Shown: one piece after another, positions 29,312 through 38,568 of the stretch
How the letters are laid out: every line of letters starts with the position of its first letter
How positions within the stretch are numbered: the first letter of the stretch is position 1
DNA from: Burkholderiales bacterium
GTDB taxonomy: Bacteria; Pseudomonadota; Gammaproteobacteria; Burkholderiales; SG8-39
Direction: 5' to 3'
Length of the DNA: 64,000 nt
Assembly: GCA_041617635.1 (NCBI GenBank)
Contig: JBFJOO010000012.1
Coordinates: 1,488-65,487 of the forward strand
Made by a program: the position numbers and the translations under genes
The notes under the pieces: model-generated
The model's input: the letters and a program-made list of their open reading frames with translations, nothing else
Databases searched by the model: none
Told to the model about the DNA's origin: nothing

Positions 29312-30589
29312 TCAGCGTACCAGCACGGGCGAGAGCGCGGGCCAGTACGTGATCGCGAGCACCGCGGCGAGGAGGATGAAGAAGAACGGGAGCGTCGCGC
29401 GGCACAGCTCGAGCACCGGTTTGCCGAAGCGGTGGCTCGCAATGAAGAGATTCATCCCCACGGGCGGCGTGAAATAGCCGATCTGCATGTTGGCAAGGAA
29501 CACGATGCCGAGGTGCAGCGGATCGATCCCGTAGCCGATCGCCATCGGGAGAATGAGCGGAATCATGATGACGATGGCCGAGAAGATGTCGAGGATCATG
29601 CCCAGGACGAGCAGGAACGCGTTCAACACGAGCAGGAACGTGAGCGGGCTGGAGATCTGGCTGCGCACGGCGTCGAAGAGCTTGGCCGGCACCTCGGCAT
29701 CGATCAGGTAGTTCGTGGAGGCGAGCGCCATCCCGAGGATCGCAAGCACCGCGCCGACGAGGACCATGGACCGGCGCATGATGTTGGGCAGTCTGCGAAG
29801 CGGAATTTCGCGCAGGATCAGGACCTCGACGATCAGGACGTAGAACACGGTGACGGCGGCTGCTTCGGATACCGCGAAGAAGCCGCCGTAGATTCCGCCG
29901 AGCACGACGAATGGCAGCGGGATCTCCCAGGCCGACTCACGCACGGCGGCGTATGCCTCGGCCCAGGAGAACGCCGCAAGCGGCTTGCGCAAGCCGCGGT
30001 TGTGCCAGACGCTCCATGCGCCGAGCAGCACCAGCATGAGGAGTCCGGGCAGGAGACCGGCGATGAACAGCTCCTCGATGGCGATCGGCGGGCCGATGTT
30101 GAGCTGCTGGGCGACGATCCCGTAGAGAATGAGCGGCAGCGAGGGCGCGAACAGCACGCCCAGGCTGCCCGAGCTCGTGATGAGCCCGAGACTGAACCGC
30201 TCCGGGTAGCCCGCGTACTGGAACGCCGGGTAAAGGAGCGCCCCGAGCGCGATGATGGTCACGCCCGACGCGCCGGTGAACGCCGTGAAGAGCGCGCATG
30301 TCGCGATGGCCACGATCGCGAGGCCACCCGGAAGCCAGCCGAGAAACGCCTGCGTCAGCCGCACGACGCGTTGGGGCGCGCCGCTCTCGCCCAGCAGGTA
30401 GCCGGCAAAGGTGAAGAGTGGGATCGCGACCAGCAGCGGTGTCTCGGCGATGCGGTTGAACTCGATCACCACGGCCGCGCGGTCGATGCCGCTCGACGCA
30501 AATCCAGTGAGCGCACTCGCGGCGATCACTGCAAAGAGCGGCGCGCCGAGCAACGCGATCACGAGCAGTGCGACGGAGACCGCGATCAC
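29312..30589 (-). CDS. dctM: TRAP transporter large permease subunit
   Basis: The GTG start overlaps the dctQ stop (GTGA). The polytopic, roughly 425-aa protein has the typical DctM composition (LGAPLFAV..., GIDPLHLGIVF). Confidence 0.85.
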   Translation of the reverse strand: MIAVSVALLVIALLGAPLFAVIAASALTGFASSGIDRAAVVIEFNRIAETPLLVAIPLFTFAGYLLGESGAPQRVVRLTQAFLGWLPGGLAIVAIATCALFTAFTGASGVTIIALGALLYPAFQYAGYPERFSLGLITSSGSLGVLFAPSLPLILYGIVAQQLNIGPPIAIEELFIAGLLPGLLMLVLLGAWSVWHNRGLRKPLAAFSWAEAYAAVRESAWEIPLPFVVLGGIYGGFFAVSEAAAVTVFYVLIVEVLILREIPLRRLPNIMRRSMVLVGAVLAILGMALASTNYLIDAEVPAKLFDAVRSQISSPLTFLLVLNAFLLVLGMILDIFSAIVIMIPLILPMAIGYGIDPLHLGIVFLANMQIGYFTPPVGMNLFIASHRFGKPVLELCRATLPFFFILLAAVLAITYWPALSPVLVR

Positions 30590-31104
30590 GCGTCCGACCT
30601 CGCGGCAGCAAGCGCGCGCACCCGAGTGACGCTGAGGATCGCGTAGCGGATGGTAATCAGCGCGAAGCCGAGCGGCAGCACGAGCGCGAGGATCCACGCC
30701 GGTACACCCCCGAGCGCGGCAATGCCGCCCTCGAACTCGAAACGGACGAAGCGCGCCGCCTCGTAAGCGAGCACCGCACACACGCCGCTCGCGAACAGGC
30801 CGACCACCGCGCCCGCGACGAGCTGCAGGCGGCCCGGCAGAAAGCGGGACAGCGCATCGATTGCGATGTGCTGATTCTCGCGGCTCGCCGCCACCGCCCC
30901 GAAAACGCCGATCCAGAGGACGAGCAGGCGGGTCAGCGGATCGGCCCAGGTGACCGCAACGTCGAGTTGCCGAAGAAGGATCTGACCGCCCGCCAGCAGC
31001 ACCAGCGCCGCGAGCAGCGTGACGAGGACCGCGTTCTCGGCCAGCGCGAGCGCTCGCGATACCCGCTGGGAGAGTGCGCCGCCGCTAACGTCCCCCGGCG
31101 GCAT
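30586..31104 (-). CDS. dctQ: TRAP transporter small permease subunit
   Basis: Trimmed to MPPGDVSGG. It has four hydrophobic helices, is about 172 aa long and lies between the dctP and dctM genes. Confidence 0.75.
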   Translation of the reverse strand: MPPGDVSGGALSQRVSRALALAENAVLVTLLAALVLLAGGQILLRQLDVAVTWADPLTRLLVLWIGVFGAVAASRENQHIAIDALSRFLPGRLQLVAGAVVGLFASGVCAVLAYEAARFVRFEFEGGIAALGGVPAWILALVLPLGFALITIRYAILSVTRVRALAAARSDA

Positions 31105-32101
31105 CGGGCTTGGCGCGGATATCTCGGAGGTGACCCTCCAGCGCCTCCAGGAGTGCGGGCGTATACAGGCCCTTCTTGCCGATCTCGGCGCGCGCCTCGG
31201 CGGCGATGCGCTCGAACTCCTCGATGGCCGCCGCGTCCGGCCGCACGAACTCGATGCCCTGATTCCGCAGCGCGGCGCGCGCCGCCTCGTCCGCACTACG
31301 GCTTGCGCGGTCGAGCTTCCGGGAAACGGGTGTCAGCACGCCCCGGACGAGGTCGCGGTCTGCAGGAGTCAGGCGCACGTAGGCGCGCGCGTCCAGCACC
31401 AGCGCTCCCGCCGTGTAATAGACGGGAAGGTCGGTGAGGTACTTGGTCTTCGCGTGCCACTGCAGCGCGATCGCGCCGGAAGCCGAGATGCCGACCGCGG
31501 TGATGAGCCCCGTTTGCAATCCGGTATACACGTCGGCGAGCGGCAGCACGACGGGCGCGATTCCCGCGACCTGGAAGAGCGTCGGGGTGACCACGTCGCC
31601 CTCCGGCGCCCAGACCTTCTCCTCCTTGAGATCGCCGATGCTGCGTACCGGCGCGCTCGACATCAGGTAAGCGAAACCGCCTTCGACCAGGCCGAATCCG
31701 ATCAGGCCGTGGCGTGCCAGGCCTTCCATGAGGACCGGGTCCGTGCGCGCGCGGACGTAGTCCACCTCCGCATGCGAGCGGAAAAGCAGCGGCAGCCCGT
31801 AGAGCTGGGTGTCGGGAAACACGCGCGACAGCGCGAGCACCGTGACGGCGCCCCCCTGAAGCTGGCCGATCTGCATCTTGCGCAGCACGGTGGCGTCGTT
31901 CCCCATGACGCCCCCCGGATAGAACTTGAGCTCGATGCGTCCGTCGGTGCGCTTCTGGATCTCGGCGCCCGCGGCGCGCATCTCCTTCATCCACGCCGTG
32001 CCGTCGGGCGCGATCGTGGCGATCTTGAGCACCGCGCCCGCGGCGAAGCACGACGCGCTCCACGCTAGAAGCACGACGAGAACCGTGGTTGTAATCCTCA
32101 T
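31085..32101 (-). CDS. dctP: TRAP transporter substrate-binding protein
   Basis: 338 aa with a signal peptide (MRITTTVLVVLLAWSASCFAA). The LKIATIAPDGTAWMKEM.. pattern fits a DctP-type binding protein. Confidence 0.85.
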   Translation of the reverse strand: MRITTTVLVVLLAWSASCFAAGAVLKIATIAPDGTAWMKEMRAAGAEIQKRTDGRIELKFYPGGVMGNDATVLRKMQIGQLQGGAVTVLALSRVFPDTQLYGLPLLFRSHAEVDYVRARTDPVLMEGLARHGLIGFGLVEGGFAYLMSSAPVRSIGDLKEEKVWAPEGDVVTPTLFQVAGIAPVVLPLADVYTGLQTGLITAVGISASGAIALQWHAKTKYLTDLPVYYTAGALVLDARAYVRLTPADRDLVRGVLTPVSRKLDRASRSADEAARAALRNQGIEFVRPDAAAIEEFERIAAEARAEIGKKGLYTPALLEALEGHLRDIRAKPDAAGGR

Positions 32102-32205
32102 GCTAACGACTACCGCCGCGAAACGGGGATATACGAGGGGGAATCCCCCCTTGCTCGCAAAACCTTCCCTGCATGCAGAACGCGCGCGACATTCTCAAGT
32201 CGGCT

Positions 32206-33087
32206 CTAGAAATAGGCATCGGCGTCGGCGAGCAGCTTGCGCGCCTGCTCTTTCGCGAGCGTGTTGCTCAGTGTCAGGCCAGGCTGCTCGACGTCGGCCG
32301 CCAGCACTGCTTTCAGGAGCTGGTCGTGGAGCGGCCGGTCGAACACGAGCCGCGCGTAGTGACGCGCGAACTGCACTTGCCCCATCAGGTTCTTCCCGTC
32401 CCCCAACTCGATGGCGCGCTCGAAACGGCGCCGGCCCTCCTCCGGGCGCCCGCCGAGCGCGGCGGGCCGTAGTGTCGCAAGGATCCCGAGGTACATGTGC
32501 GGTGCCCCTCGCTCGTAGGCGTCGTCGAGCGCCACCACGCGCCGCATGGCTGCCTCGACCTTGGGCAGCTCGGCGATCGCGTTCCAGTCCTCGCCGTTGG
32601 CCTGGATCCAGCCGGCATGCGCGATCGCCCAGGTGTACAGCGCGGGCACCTGCGCCACACCGGCTCCCGTCACCGCAGCCTCGAAACCGCTCACCGTGCG
32701 CGCATCGGGCGAGCAGGCGGGAGGATACTCGACGCACAGCGCACGGTCGGCGTACTCCACCGCCCGGCGCGTCAGCCGCCGCGCGCGATCGGGATCGGTG
32801 ACGAACGCCGCGGCATACGCGACGTAGAGTCGTGCGCCGCCTTGCAGCAGCGTGCTCGCCTGGGGATCGTCCGCGATCAGGGAATCCACGAGCAGCAGGA
32901 ACGCGGGGGCGCCCTGGCGCACGGTCTCCGGGTCGTCCTGATTGAGCACCGCGGCGGCGAGGTTCTGCGACATGCGCGCCGTCGCGGTCGACATCATGCT
33001 CGCGCAGCCCGCACCGGCCGCGACCGGAAGGACGATTGCCCCCACCCGCAGCAATCTACGCCAGGATTTCCATGTGTACCCGTGCAT
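32206..33087 (-). CDS. TatT-like TPR lipoprotein associated with TRAP transporter
   Basis: Trimmed to MHGYTWKSWRRLL...VAAGAGC (lipobox). The helical-repeat body and the C-terminal ...LLADADAYF resemble the TatT family encoded next to TRAP genes. Confidence 0.7.
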   Translation of the reverse strand: MHGYTWKSWRRLLRVGAIVLPVAAGAGCASMMSTATARMSQNLAAAVLNQDDPETVRQGAPAFLLLVDSLIADDPQASTLLQGGARLYVAYAAAFVTDPDRARRLTRRAVEYADRALCVEYPPACSPDARTVSGFEAAVTGAGVAQVPALYTWAIAHAGWIQANGEDWNAIAELPKVEAAMRRVVALDDAYERGAPHMYLGILATLRPAALGGRPEEGRRRFERAIELGDGKNLMGQVQFARHYARLVFDRPLHDQLLKAVLAADVEQPGLTLSNTLAKEQARKLLADADAYF

Positions 33088-33158
33088 GGTCGCGTTTCGC
33101 CCGGGTCGTAACCTAGCGAGTTTCACGACCCGGGGCAACTACGCGAACGGCCAAGCCG

Positions 33159-33881
33159 CTATTGGGTGGCGGCGGTACTCCCCTTGCGGCGGTTCCACCA
33201 GCTCTTCAGGTCGATCTGGATGTGCGCGAAGACCATCTTGGGGATGGTGATGGCAATGTCGTAGACCGCGTTCCAGCCGGCCTTCAGCGTGACCGGCAGC
33301 GTGATCCACGGCGCGGCGCCGTAGATGACGATGTGCTCGGCAGTGTCGACCCGGTCGCGGTTGGCGAGCACGCGATCGACGTTGCTCGCGAACGACCAGT
33401 CGGCCCGATAGATCACTTTCCCGTCCGGGTTGATCACGTAAATCATGTTCGGGAGCAGGCCCCAGTCGTGGTGCCAGCGGCCGTCGACGCTGTCGACGAC
33501 GATCTTGCGGCCTTCCCGATACTCGTCACGCGAGCGCTTGGCATAGTCGATCTTCTCCGCGACATCTTTCGCCGGCGCGATGCGCGATCCGGGATGGGCC
33601 TCACGGACATAGATCACCAGCCACTCGACATCGGGATACTTCTTACGCAGCTTGTCGAACGGCCGCACGTTCTTCACGTACATCGGGCAGGTGAGGCTGC
33701 CCGACTCGACGACCAGCCACTTGCCCCGGTAATCGGCGAGCTTCACTTCCTTGCCGTCGAGGTCGTGGAACGAATAGTCGAAGTTGGCGGATTCGCCGGC
33801 CTTCGGACCGGGAAAATAGCCGAGCTCGTAGTTCGACATCTTGAATCGCGCGTAATTGTAGGTTTCTCCGCGAGCAGCCAT
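33159..33881 (-). CDS. Thioredoxin-fold protein, iodothyronine-deiodinase-like / redoxin family
   Basis: 240 aa. A perfect Shine-Dalgarno (GGAGGTGA) lies 5 nt upstream of the ATG. VVESGSLTCPMY resembles the deiodinase-type GS-x-T-C/U-P-x-F active site, and the gene is visibly less GC-rich than its neighbours. Confidence 0.65.
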   Translation of the reverse strand: MAARGETYNYARFKMSNYELGYFPGPKAGESANFDYSFHDLDGKEVKLADYRGKWLVVESGSLTCPMYVKNVRPFDKLRKKYPDVEWLVIYVREAHPGSRIAPAKDVAEKIDYAKRSRDEYREGRKIVVDSVDGRWHHDWGLLPNMIYVINPDGKVIYRADWSFASNVDRVLANRDRVDTAEHIVIYGAAPWITLPVTLKAGWNAVYDIAITIPKMVFAHIQIDLKSWWNRRKGSTAATQ

Positions 33882-34051
33882 GGATCACCTCCTGGACTTG
33901 TTCCTGAGCCGGACCATTCTAGCAATTTGCCGACGCAGACTGAAGCGTTGGCCCTCGGCCGACGATTGTTCACGAACCGGTGCCGAATGGCGGTTTCTGG
34001 CGCTGCAACAGCGCGGCGGCGCGGGCTTGACCCCCCGCGGCCAGAACCATC

Positions 34052-35140
34052 ATGATGGGCGACGGAGCGGATCTGGGCATGGGACAGATACTCGGCATCG
34101 GCCTGACGCACTACCCCGGGCTGCACATGCTCGACGAGGACATGTGGGTGTTCCTGCGCTTGACGCTCTCCGGAAAGAAAGTGCCCGAGCGCGTCAAGGA
34201 TCCCCGCAACTGGCCGCAGGAAATGCGCGCGGAGTGGGCGGACGACGACGGCGCGCGGGCGGGGCGAATCCATCGCGAGCGGTGCCTCGACGCGACGCGT
34301 GCGCTGCGCGAGCGACTCGATGCCTTCAAGCCGGATTTCGTGCTGATCTTCGGTGACGATCAGTACGAGAACTTCGTCGAGGACATCGTGCCGCCGTTCT
34401 GCGTTTTCGCGGTCGACGAGATGGTGTCGCAGCCCTTCGACATCGAGGCCAAGTCGATTCTCCCGAAAAAGAACATCTGGGGCGAGGGACCGGAAACCGT
34501 GTTCCGGCACCAGGGCCACACGGACGCCGCGCGCTGGCTCGTCAATCGTCTCGGCGAGGCCGGCATGGCGGTCCCCTACGCCTACCGTCTGCGCTACAAG
34601 CGCGGGCTCGCGCATGCGTTCATCAACACGCTGCTCTTTCTCGATGTCGACCGCAAGGGCTTCCCGTACAAGATCGTTCCGTTCCACGTGAACTGCTACG
34701 GCGGCGACGTCATCCGCACCCGCGGCGGCATGGCGTCGGCCGCCGACAAGCGCGCGGAGGCGGATCCGTCCGCACCAACGCCGGCGGTCTGCTTCGACAT
34801 GGGCGCCGCCGTCGCCCGCGCGCTCGCGCGCTCGCCGTGGCGGGTGGCGATGATCGCCACGTCGAGCTGGTCGCACGCGTTCCTGACCGCGAAGAACGAC
34901 TGGATCTACCCGGACCACGCGAGCGACCGGGCGCGGCTCGCGGAGCTGCGCGAGAACCGCTACGCGCGCTGGCGCGAGCTCACGCTAGGCGAGGTCGAGG
35001 ACGCGGGGCAGCACGAGATGCTCAACTGGATCACGCTCGCCGGCGCGATGAGCGAGCTCGGCCGGAAGGTCGAGATCATCGACTGGGTGGAGACGTACGT
35101 GATGAACTCGAACAAGTGCTTCGCGGCGTTTCCCGCCTGA
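34052..35140 (+). CDS. Class III extradiol ring-cleavage dioxygenase (LigB family)
   Basis: 362 aa. GIGLTHYPG, FGDDQYENF, FHVNCYG and TSSWSH metal/substrate motifs are typical of the LigB-type catalytic subunit. An alternative start lies at 34079 (MGQILGIG). Confidence 0.75.
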   Translation: MMGDGADLGMGQILGIGLTHYPGLHMLDEDMWVFLRLTLSGKKVPERVKDPRNWPQEMRAEWADDDGARAGRIHRERCLDATRALRERLDAFKPDFVLIFGDDQYENFVEDIVPPFCVFAVDEMVSQPFDIEAKSILPKKNIWGEGPETVFRHQGHTDAARWLVNRLGEAGMAVPYAYRLRYKRGLAHAFINTLLFLDVDRKGFPYKIVPFHVNCYGGDVIRTRGGMASAADKRAEADPSAPTPAVCFDMGAAVARALARSPWRVAMIATSSWSHAFLTAKNDWIYPDHASDRARLAELRENRYARWRELTLGEVEDAGQHEMLNWITLAGAMSELGRKVEIIDWVETYVMNSNKCFAAFPA

Positions 35141-35293
35141 GCAGGCGCGCCGGGAGCGGCACCGACGCGGGTCACGTGACCAGGTCGCCCGATCTCGTCC
35201 GCCAGGCGAAGAAACACGGCTGGGAGCTCGACGCCGACGGCAATCTGGTCATCAAGCGGCCTGCGGCCTGACAGCACACTGGAGGAATCGGGT

Positions 35294-36361
35294 ATGAAAC
35301 CGTCGAAGATCCTTGACGCGGACGGTCACATCATCGAGCGCGATGCCGAGCTGCTCGAGCACCTGGAGCCGCCTTACGCGGGCAACGAAGCGTTGCTCGG
35401 GTATCCCTTTTTCCCCACACTCGACGGCTACAACCGGGGCGCGATCCTCAGCCGGCTCGGGATCCACAAGGATTACACGATCACCGCGCGCACCTGGGTG
35501 GACTTCCTCGACGAGGTCGGGATCGAGACCACGGTGCTCTACCCGACGGCCGGGCTCGCGTACGGCATCATCCAGGACCCGGCCTGGGCCGTCGCGCTCG
35601 CGCGCGCGTACAACAACTGGTTCACCGAGCGCTATCACCGCGTGAATCCGCGGCTGCGCGCCGTCGCGCTGGTCCCGCTGCAGGACGTGCCGGCCGCGGT
35701 CGCCGAGCTGCGCCGCGCGGTGACCGAGCTCGGAATGGTCGGCGCGGTGCTCACTGCGAACAACGCCGACCTCGGCGTGCGCAAGGCGCTCGGAGATCCT
35801 GGTTTCTGGCCGCTCTACGAAGAGGCCGAGCGGCTCGACGTGCCGATCGCGATCCACGGCGCGCCGTCGTTCAACATCGGAATCAACTTCTTCACGCGCT
35901 TCGCGATGACCCAGGCGCTCGAGCACCCGATCGCGCAGATGATCCAGCTCACCAGCATGGTGATGGAGGGCGTGTTCGAGCGTTTTCCGAAACTGCGAGT
36001 TGCCTATCTGGAGGCCGGGGCAGGCTGGGTGCCCTACATCATGGATCGCCTGGACCGCTCCTACGAGGTCTGGGCCGGAAAGGCGTACCGGGAATTCTCG
36101 GAGTGGCTGAAGAAGCCGCCGAGCGAGTACCTGCGCTCCGGAAGGATCTATTTCAGCTCCGAGGGCGGCGAGCCCTCGATGGCGTATGCGATCGAGCGCA
36201 TTGGCCACGCCACGTTGCTCTATGCCTCGGACTTCCCGCACGAGACCAACATAACGCGCGCGAAACACGAGATCGTGGAGCTATCCGAGCACCCTGATCT
36301 CTCGGACGAAGTGAAACAGGCGATCTTTCACGACAACGCGCTGCGCTTCTACGGCAAGTAG
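35294..36361 (+). CDS. Amidohydrolase-2 family protein (ACMSD/LigW-like metal-dependent hydrolase or decarboxylase)
   Basis: 355 aa. ILDADGHIIE (the HxH-equivalent), AIHG, and YASDFPHE (metal-binding Asp/His) fit the TIM-barrel amidohydrolase_2 pattern. A GGAGGA Shine-Dalgarno lies upstream. Confidence 0.8.
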   Translation: MKPSKILDADGHIIERDAELLEHLEPPYAGNEALLGYPFFPTLDGYNRGAILSRLGIHKDYTITARTWVDFLDEVGIETTVLYPTAGLAYGIIQDPAWAVALARAYNNWFTERYHRVNPRLRAVALVPLQDVPAAVAELRRAVTELGMVGAVLTANNADLGVRKALGDPGFWPLYEEAERLDVPIAIHGAPSFNIGINFFTRFAMTQALEHPIAQMIQLTSMVMEGVFERFPKLRVAYLEAGAGWVPYIMDRLDRSYEVWAGKAYREFSEWLKKPPSEYLRSGRIYFSSEGGEPSMAYAIERIGHATLLYASDFPHETNITRAKHEIVELSEHPDLSDEVKQAIFHDNALRFYGK

Positions 36362-36471
36362 CCGGAGCCTTGCGGGTCTCAAGGCACCGCTCCTCGCTGC
36401 GTCCTTCTCCCGACCGCGGCATGGTCTATGCTGAATCGGGCGCCCTGCCCGCCGCCTTGGGGAGAAACGAA

Positions 36472-37008
36472 ATGTCCGTTCCGTGGCGTCGCTGCGTCGT
36501 CGGAGCGCTGATTGGCTTGCTGCTTGGAACGCTCGGAGGCTGTGCCCCACCCGTCATCCACACCAGTCACGACACCTTCAACGTGCCCGCCGATGCCGGG
36601 AAGAAGCTGCGCGCCGGGGGCACCGTCGCCCTGAACAATGCTTACCCGGCCGAGACGAAGGTGAAGATCTTCACCATGGGCGATAGCGGCTGGTTCGCCG
36701 ATCTCAGGCAGTACACCGAGACTGCAATCACCATGCTCGACCGGGAAATGAAGAAAAGAGGCGTCGCCGTCGATCCGCAGGCGGCCAAGTCCGTCAAGTT
36801 GCGGGTATACGACGTGAGCGCGAGCCCCGGCTGGGTCATCAATTCACAACTGACTCTCGAAGCGCTCTACGGGGACGGCACGAAGAGCACGATCAGGACC
36901 GAGAACAGCTCGCCTTCGGACGCGTGGCGCTCGGTCGACGGCTCCCTGATGTTCGCGGTGAGCCGTCTTCTGGGCGACGATCAGTTCGTCGCGTACGTCA
37001 ACAAGTGA
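36472..37008 (+). CDS. Hypothetical lipoprotein
   Basis: Trimmed to MSVPWRRCVVGALIGLLLGTLGGC (lipobox LGGC), with a GGGGAGA Shine-Dalgarno upstream. I recognised no family. Confidence 0.6.
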   Translation: MSVPWRRCVVGALIGLLLGTLGGCAPPVIHTSHDTFNVPADAGKKLRAGGTVALNNAYPAETKVKIFTMGDSGWFADLRQYTETAITMLDREMKKRGVAVDPQAAKSVKLRVYDVSASPGWVINSQLTLEALYGDGTKSTIRTENSSPSDAWRSVDGSLMFAVSRLLGDDQFVAYVNK

Positions 37009-37029
37009 CTGGCGCGACGCAGGGGCGCC

Positions 37030-38058
37030 CTAGGCGAGCTCCTTCCGAACGATCGCGGCGCCTTCGGCGAGCGACTTGAGCTTGCCGAAAGCGACATCGC
37101 GCGGCAGGTACTTCATACCGCAGTCCGGCGCCGGAATGAGCCGCTCCGCGCTCACGTAGCGCAGCGCGTCGCGGATCCGGTCGGCGACCAGCTGCGGCGG
37201 CTCGATCTGCGGATCACCGAGGTCGAGCACGCCGAGCAGGATCCGCTTGTTCGAGAAGTCCTTCAGGATGCCCAGATCAAGTCGCGGCTGCGCCGCCTCG
37301 ATCGAGATCTGCTGCGCGGCGCAATCCGCAAGCTGCGGCAAGAACGAGTAGCCGGTCGGCTTCTGGCGCACGACCGCCGCGTAGCCGAAGCACAAGTGCA
37401 CGACCGTGGGCACGGTCAATCCCGCGAGCGCCCGGTCGATCGCCGCCACCGCGTAGCGCTTCGCCGCCTCCGGATCGCTGCGCAGCCAGGGCTCGTCGAG
37501 CTGGATGACGTCCGCGCCCGCGGCCTGCAAGTCGCGCGCCTCCTCGTTCACGACGGCCGCGAAATCCATGGCCATCTCCGCCGCGTCGCGGTAGAACTCG
37601 TTCGCCGCCTGCTGGGAAAGCGTGAACGGGCCGGGGAGCGTGATCTTCGCGAGGCGATCGGTGTTGCGCCGGAGAAACTCCATGTCGCGGACCTCGACCG
37701 CCTGGCGGCGGCGTATCCTGCCGATCACGCGCGGAACCGGCAATTGGCGGCCCGACGGGTTGGTGATCATCGCAGGGTGCTCCGCATCCACGCCTTCGAG
37801 CGCCGTCGCGAAGCGGTTCGAGTAGCTCTCGCGGCGCATCTCGCCGTCGCTGATGATGTCGATCCCGGCGCGCTCCATGTCGCGAATCGCGAGCAGCGTC
37901 GCATCGTCCTGGGCCTGCTCGAGATATTCGTCCGCGACGCGCCAGAGCTCGCGCACCCGGATGCGCGGCACGATCTTCGACAAGCGTGGCCGGTCGACGA
38001 GCCAGTCCGGCTGGGGATAGCTTCCGACGACGGTCGTGGGCAGGAGTTTTTCGGCCAT
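37030..38058 (-). CDS. Cobalamin-independent methionine synthase-like (MetE C-terminal domain) methyltransferase
   Basis: 342 aa. LLPTTVVGSYPQP, ISDGEMRRESY, VIQLDEP, VHLCFGY and IPAPDCGMKYL (Zn-ligand Cys) are the MetE catalytic-domain motifs. Confidence 0.8.
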   Translation of the reverse strand: MAEKLLPTTVVGSYPQPDWLVDRPRLSKIVPRIRVRELWRVADEYLEQAQDDATLLAIRDMERAGIDIISDGEMRRESYSNRFATALEGVDAEHPAMITNPSGRQLPVPRVIGRIRRRQAVEVRDMEFLRRNTDRLAKITLPGPFTLSQQAANEFYRDAAEMAMDFAAVVNEEARDLQAAGADVIQLDEPWLRSDPEAAKRYAVAAIDRALAGLTVPTVVHLCFGYAAVVRQKPTGYSFLPQLADCAAQQISIEAAQPRLDLGILKDFSNKRILLGVLDLGDPQIEPPQLVADRIRDALRYVSAERLIPAPDCGMKYLPRDVAFGKLKSLAEGAAIVRKELA

Positions 38059-38133
38059 GCGAACCCTCCCCTGGTATCGCGCAGAGGGTATTGTGATCGT
38101 TTCGACGGCCTGGCGCCTCTTGGTTCGCTTCTG

Positions 38134-38319
38134 CTAGCCGGCAATCAGCCGCTTCGCCTCGCTCTCGACAATCACGGGCGCCTCGTAGTCCCGCCGGGTC
38201 ATCGGCGCCGACTCCCAGTGCCTGCCAGCGAAATCGCGTCCATCGGCCTTTGCCGCGCCGAGCAGATCCTGCTTGTTCTTGCCCTCCATGATCTCGTGCG
38301 TCCAGGTAACGATGTGCAT
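38134..38319 (-). CDS. Small hypothetical protein (61 aa)
   Basis: Trimmed to MHIVTWTHEIMEGKNKQDLL.... The composition is ordinary and I recognised no family, so coding status is uncertain. Confidence 0.4.
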   Translation of the reverse strand: MHIVTWTHEIMEGKNKQDLLGAAKADGRDFAGRHWESAPMTRRDYEAPVIVESEAKRLIAG

Positions 38320-38471
38320 AACACTCCTTTTCGTCTTCAGATCGCACCCGAGTTCACTACAAATTAACCGTAGCATTCCGCGAAGCGCCGGGATGGCGTC
38401 AGATCAAAGTGCCGGTATCGTCAGGCGAGACGGCGTGCGCAAATCTGGTTCAGAATTCCAACTCTCCATAT

Positions 38472-38495
38472 CGATCGAACAGATTATTTCGATCG
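38472..38495. promoter_or_regulatory. Inverted repeat (8-bp arms, 8-nt spacer) in an AT-richer divergent intergenic region; possible operator
   Basis: CGATCGAA-cagattat-TTCGATCG, read directly from the sequence. A 10-bp direct repeat CATATCGATC also occurs at about 38467 and about 38520. The element lies upstream of the DUF502-like gene. Confidence 0.3.
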
Positions 38496-38568
38496 CGAGC
38501 CATGGGATGTCCGCGGGGTCATATCGATCCTCGACTGTCCGCCAAATCCTCCATCCAGGGATCACGCC

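Noticed and set aside
35141-35293. A possible ~30-codon small ORF (…VTRSPDLVRQAKKHGWELDADGNLVIKRPAA) between the LigB-like and amidohydrolase genes.
   Set aside because: It is only the tail of a junk-composition 144-aa ORF. It has no ATG with a convincing Shine-Dalgarno, and I cannot support it from sequence alone.
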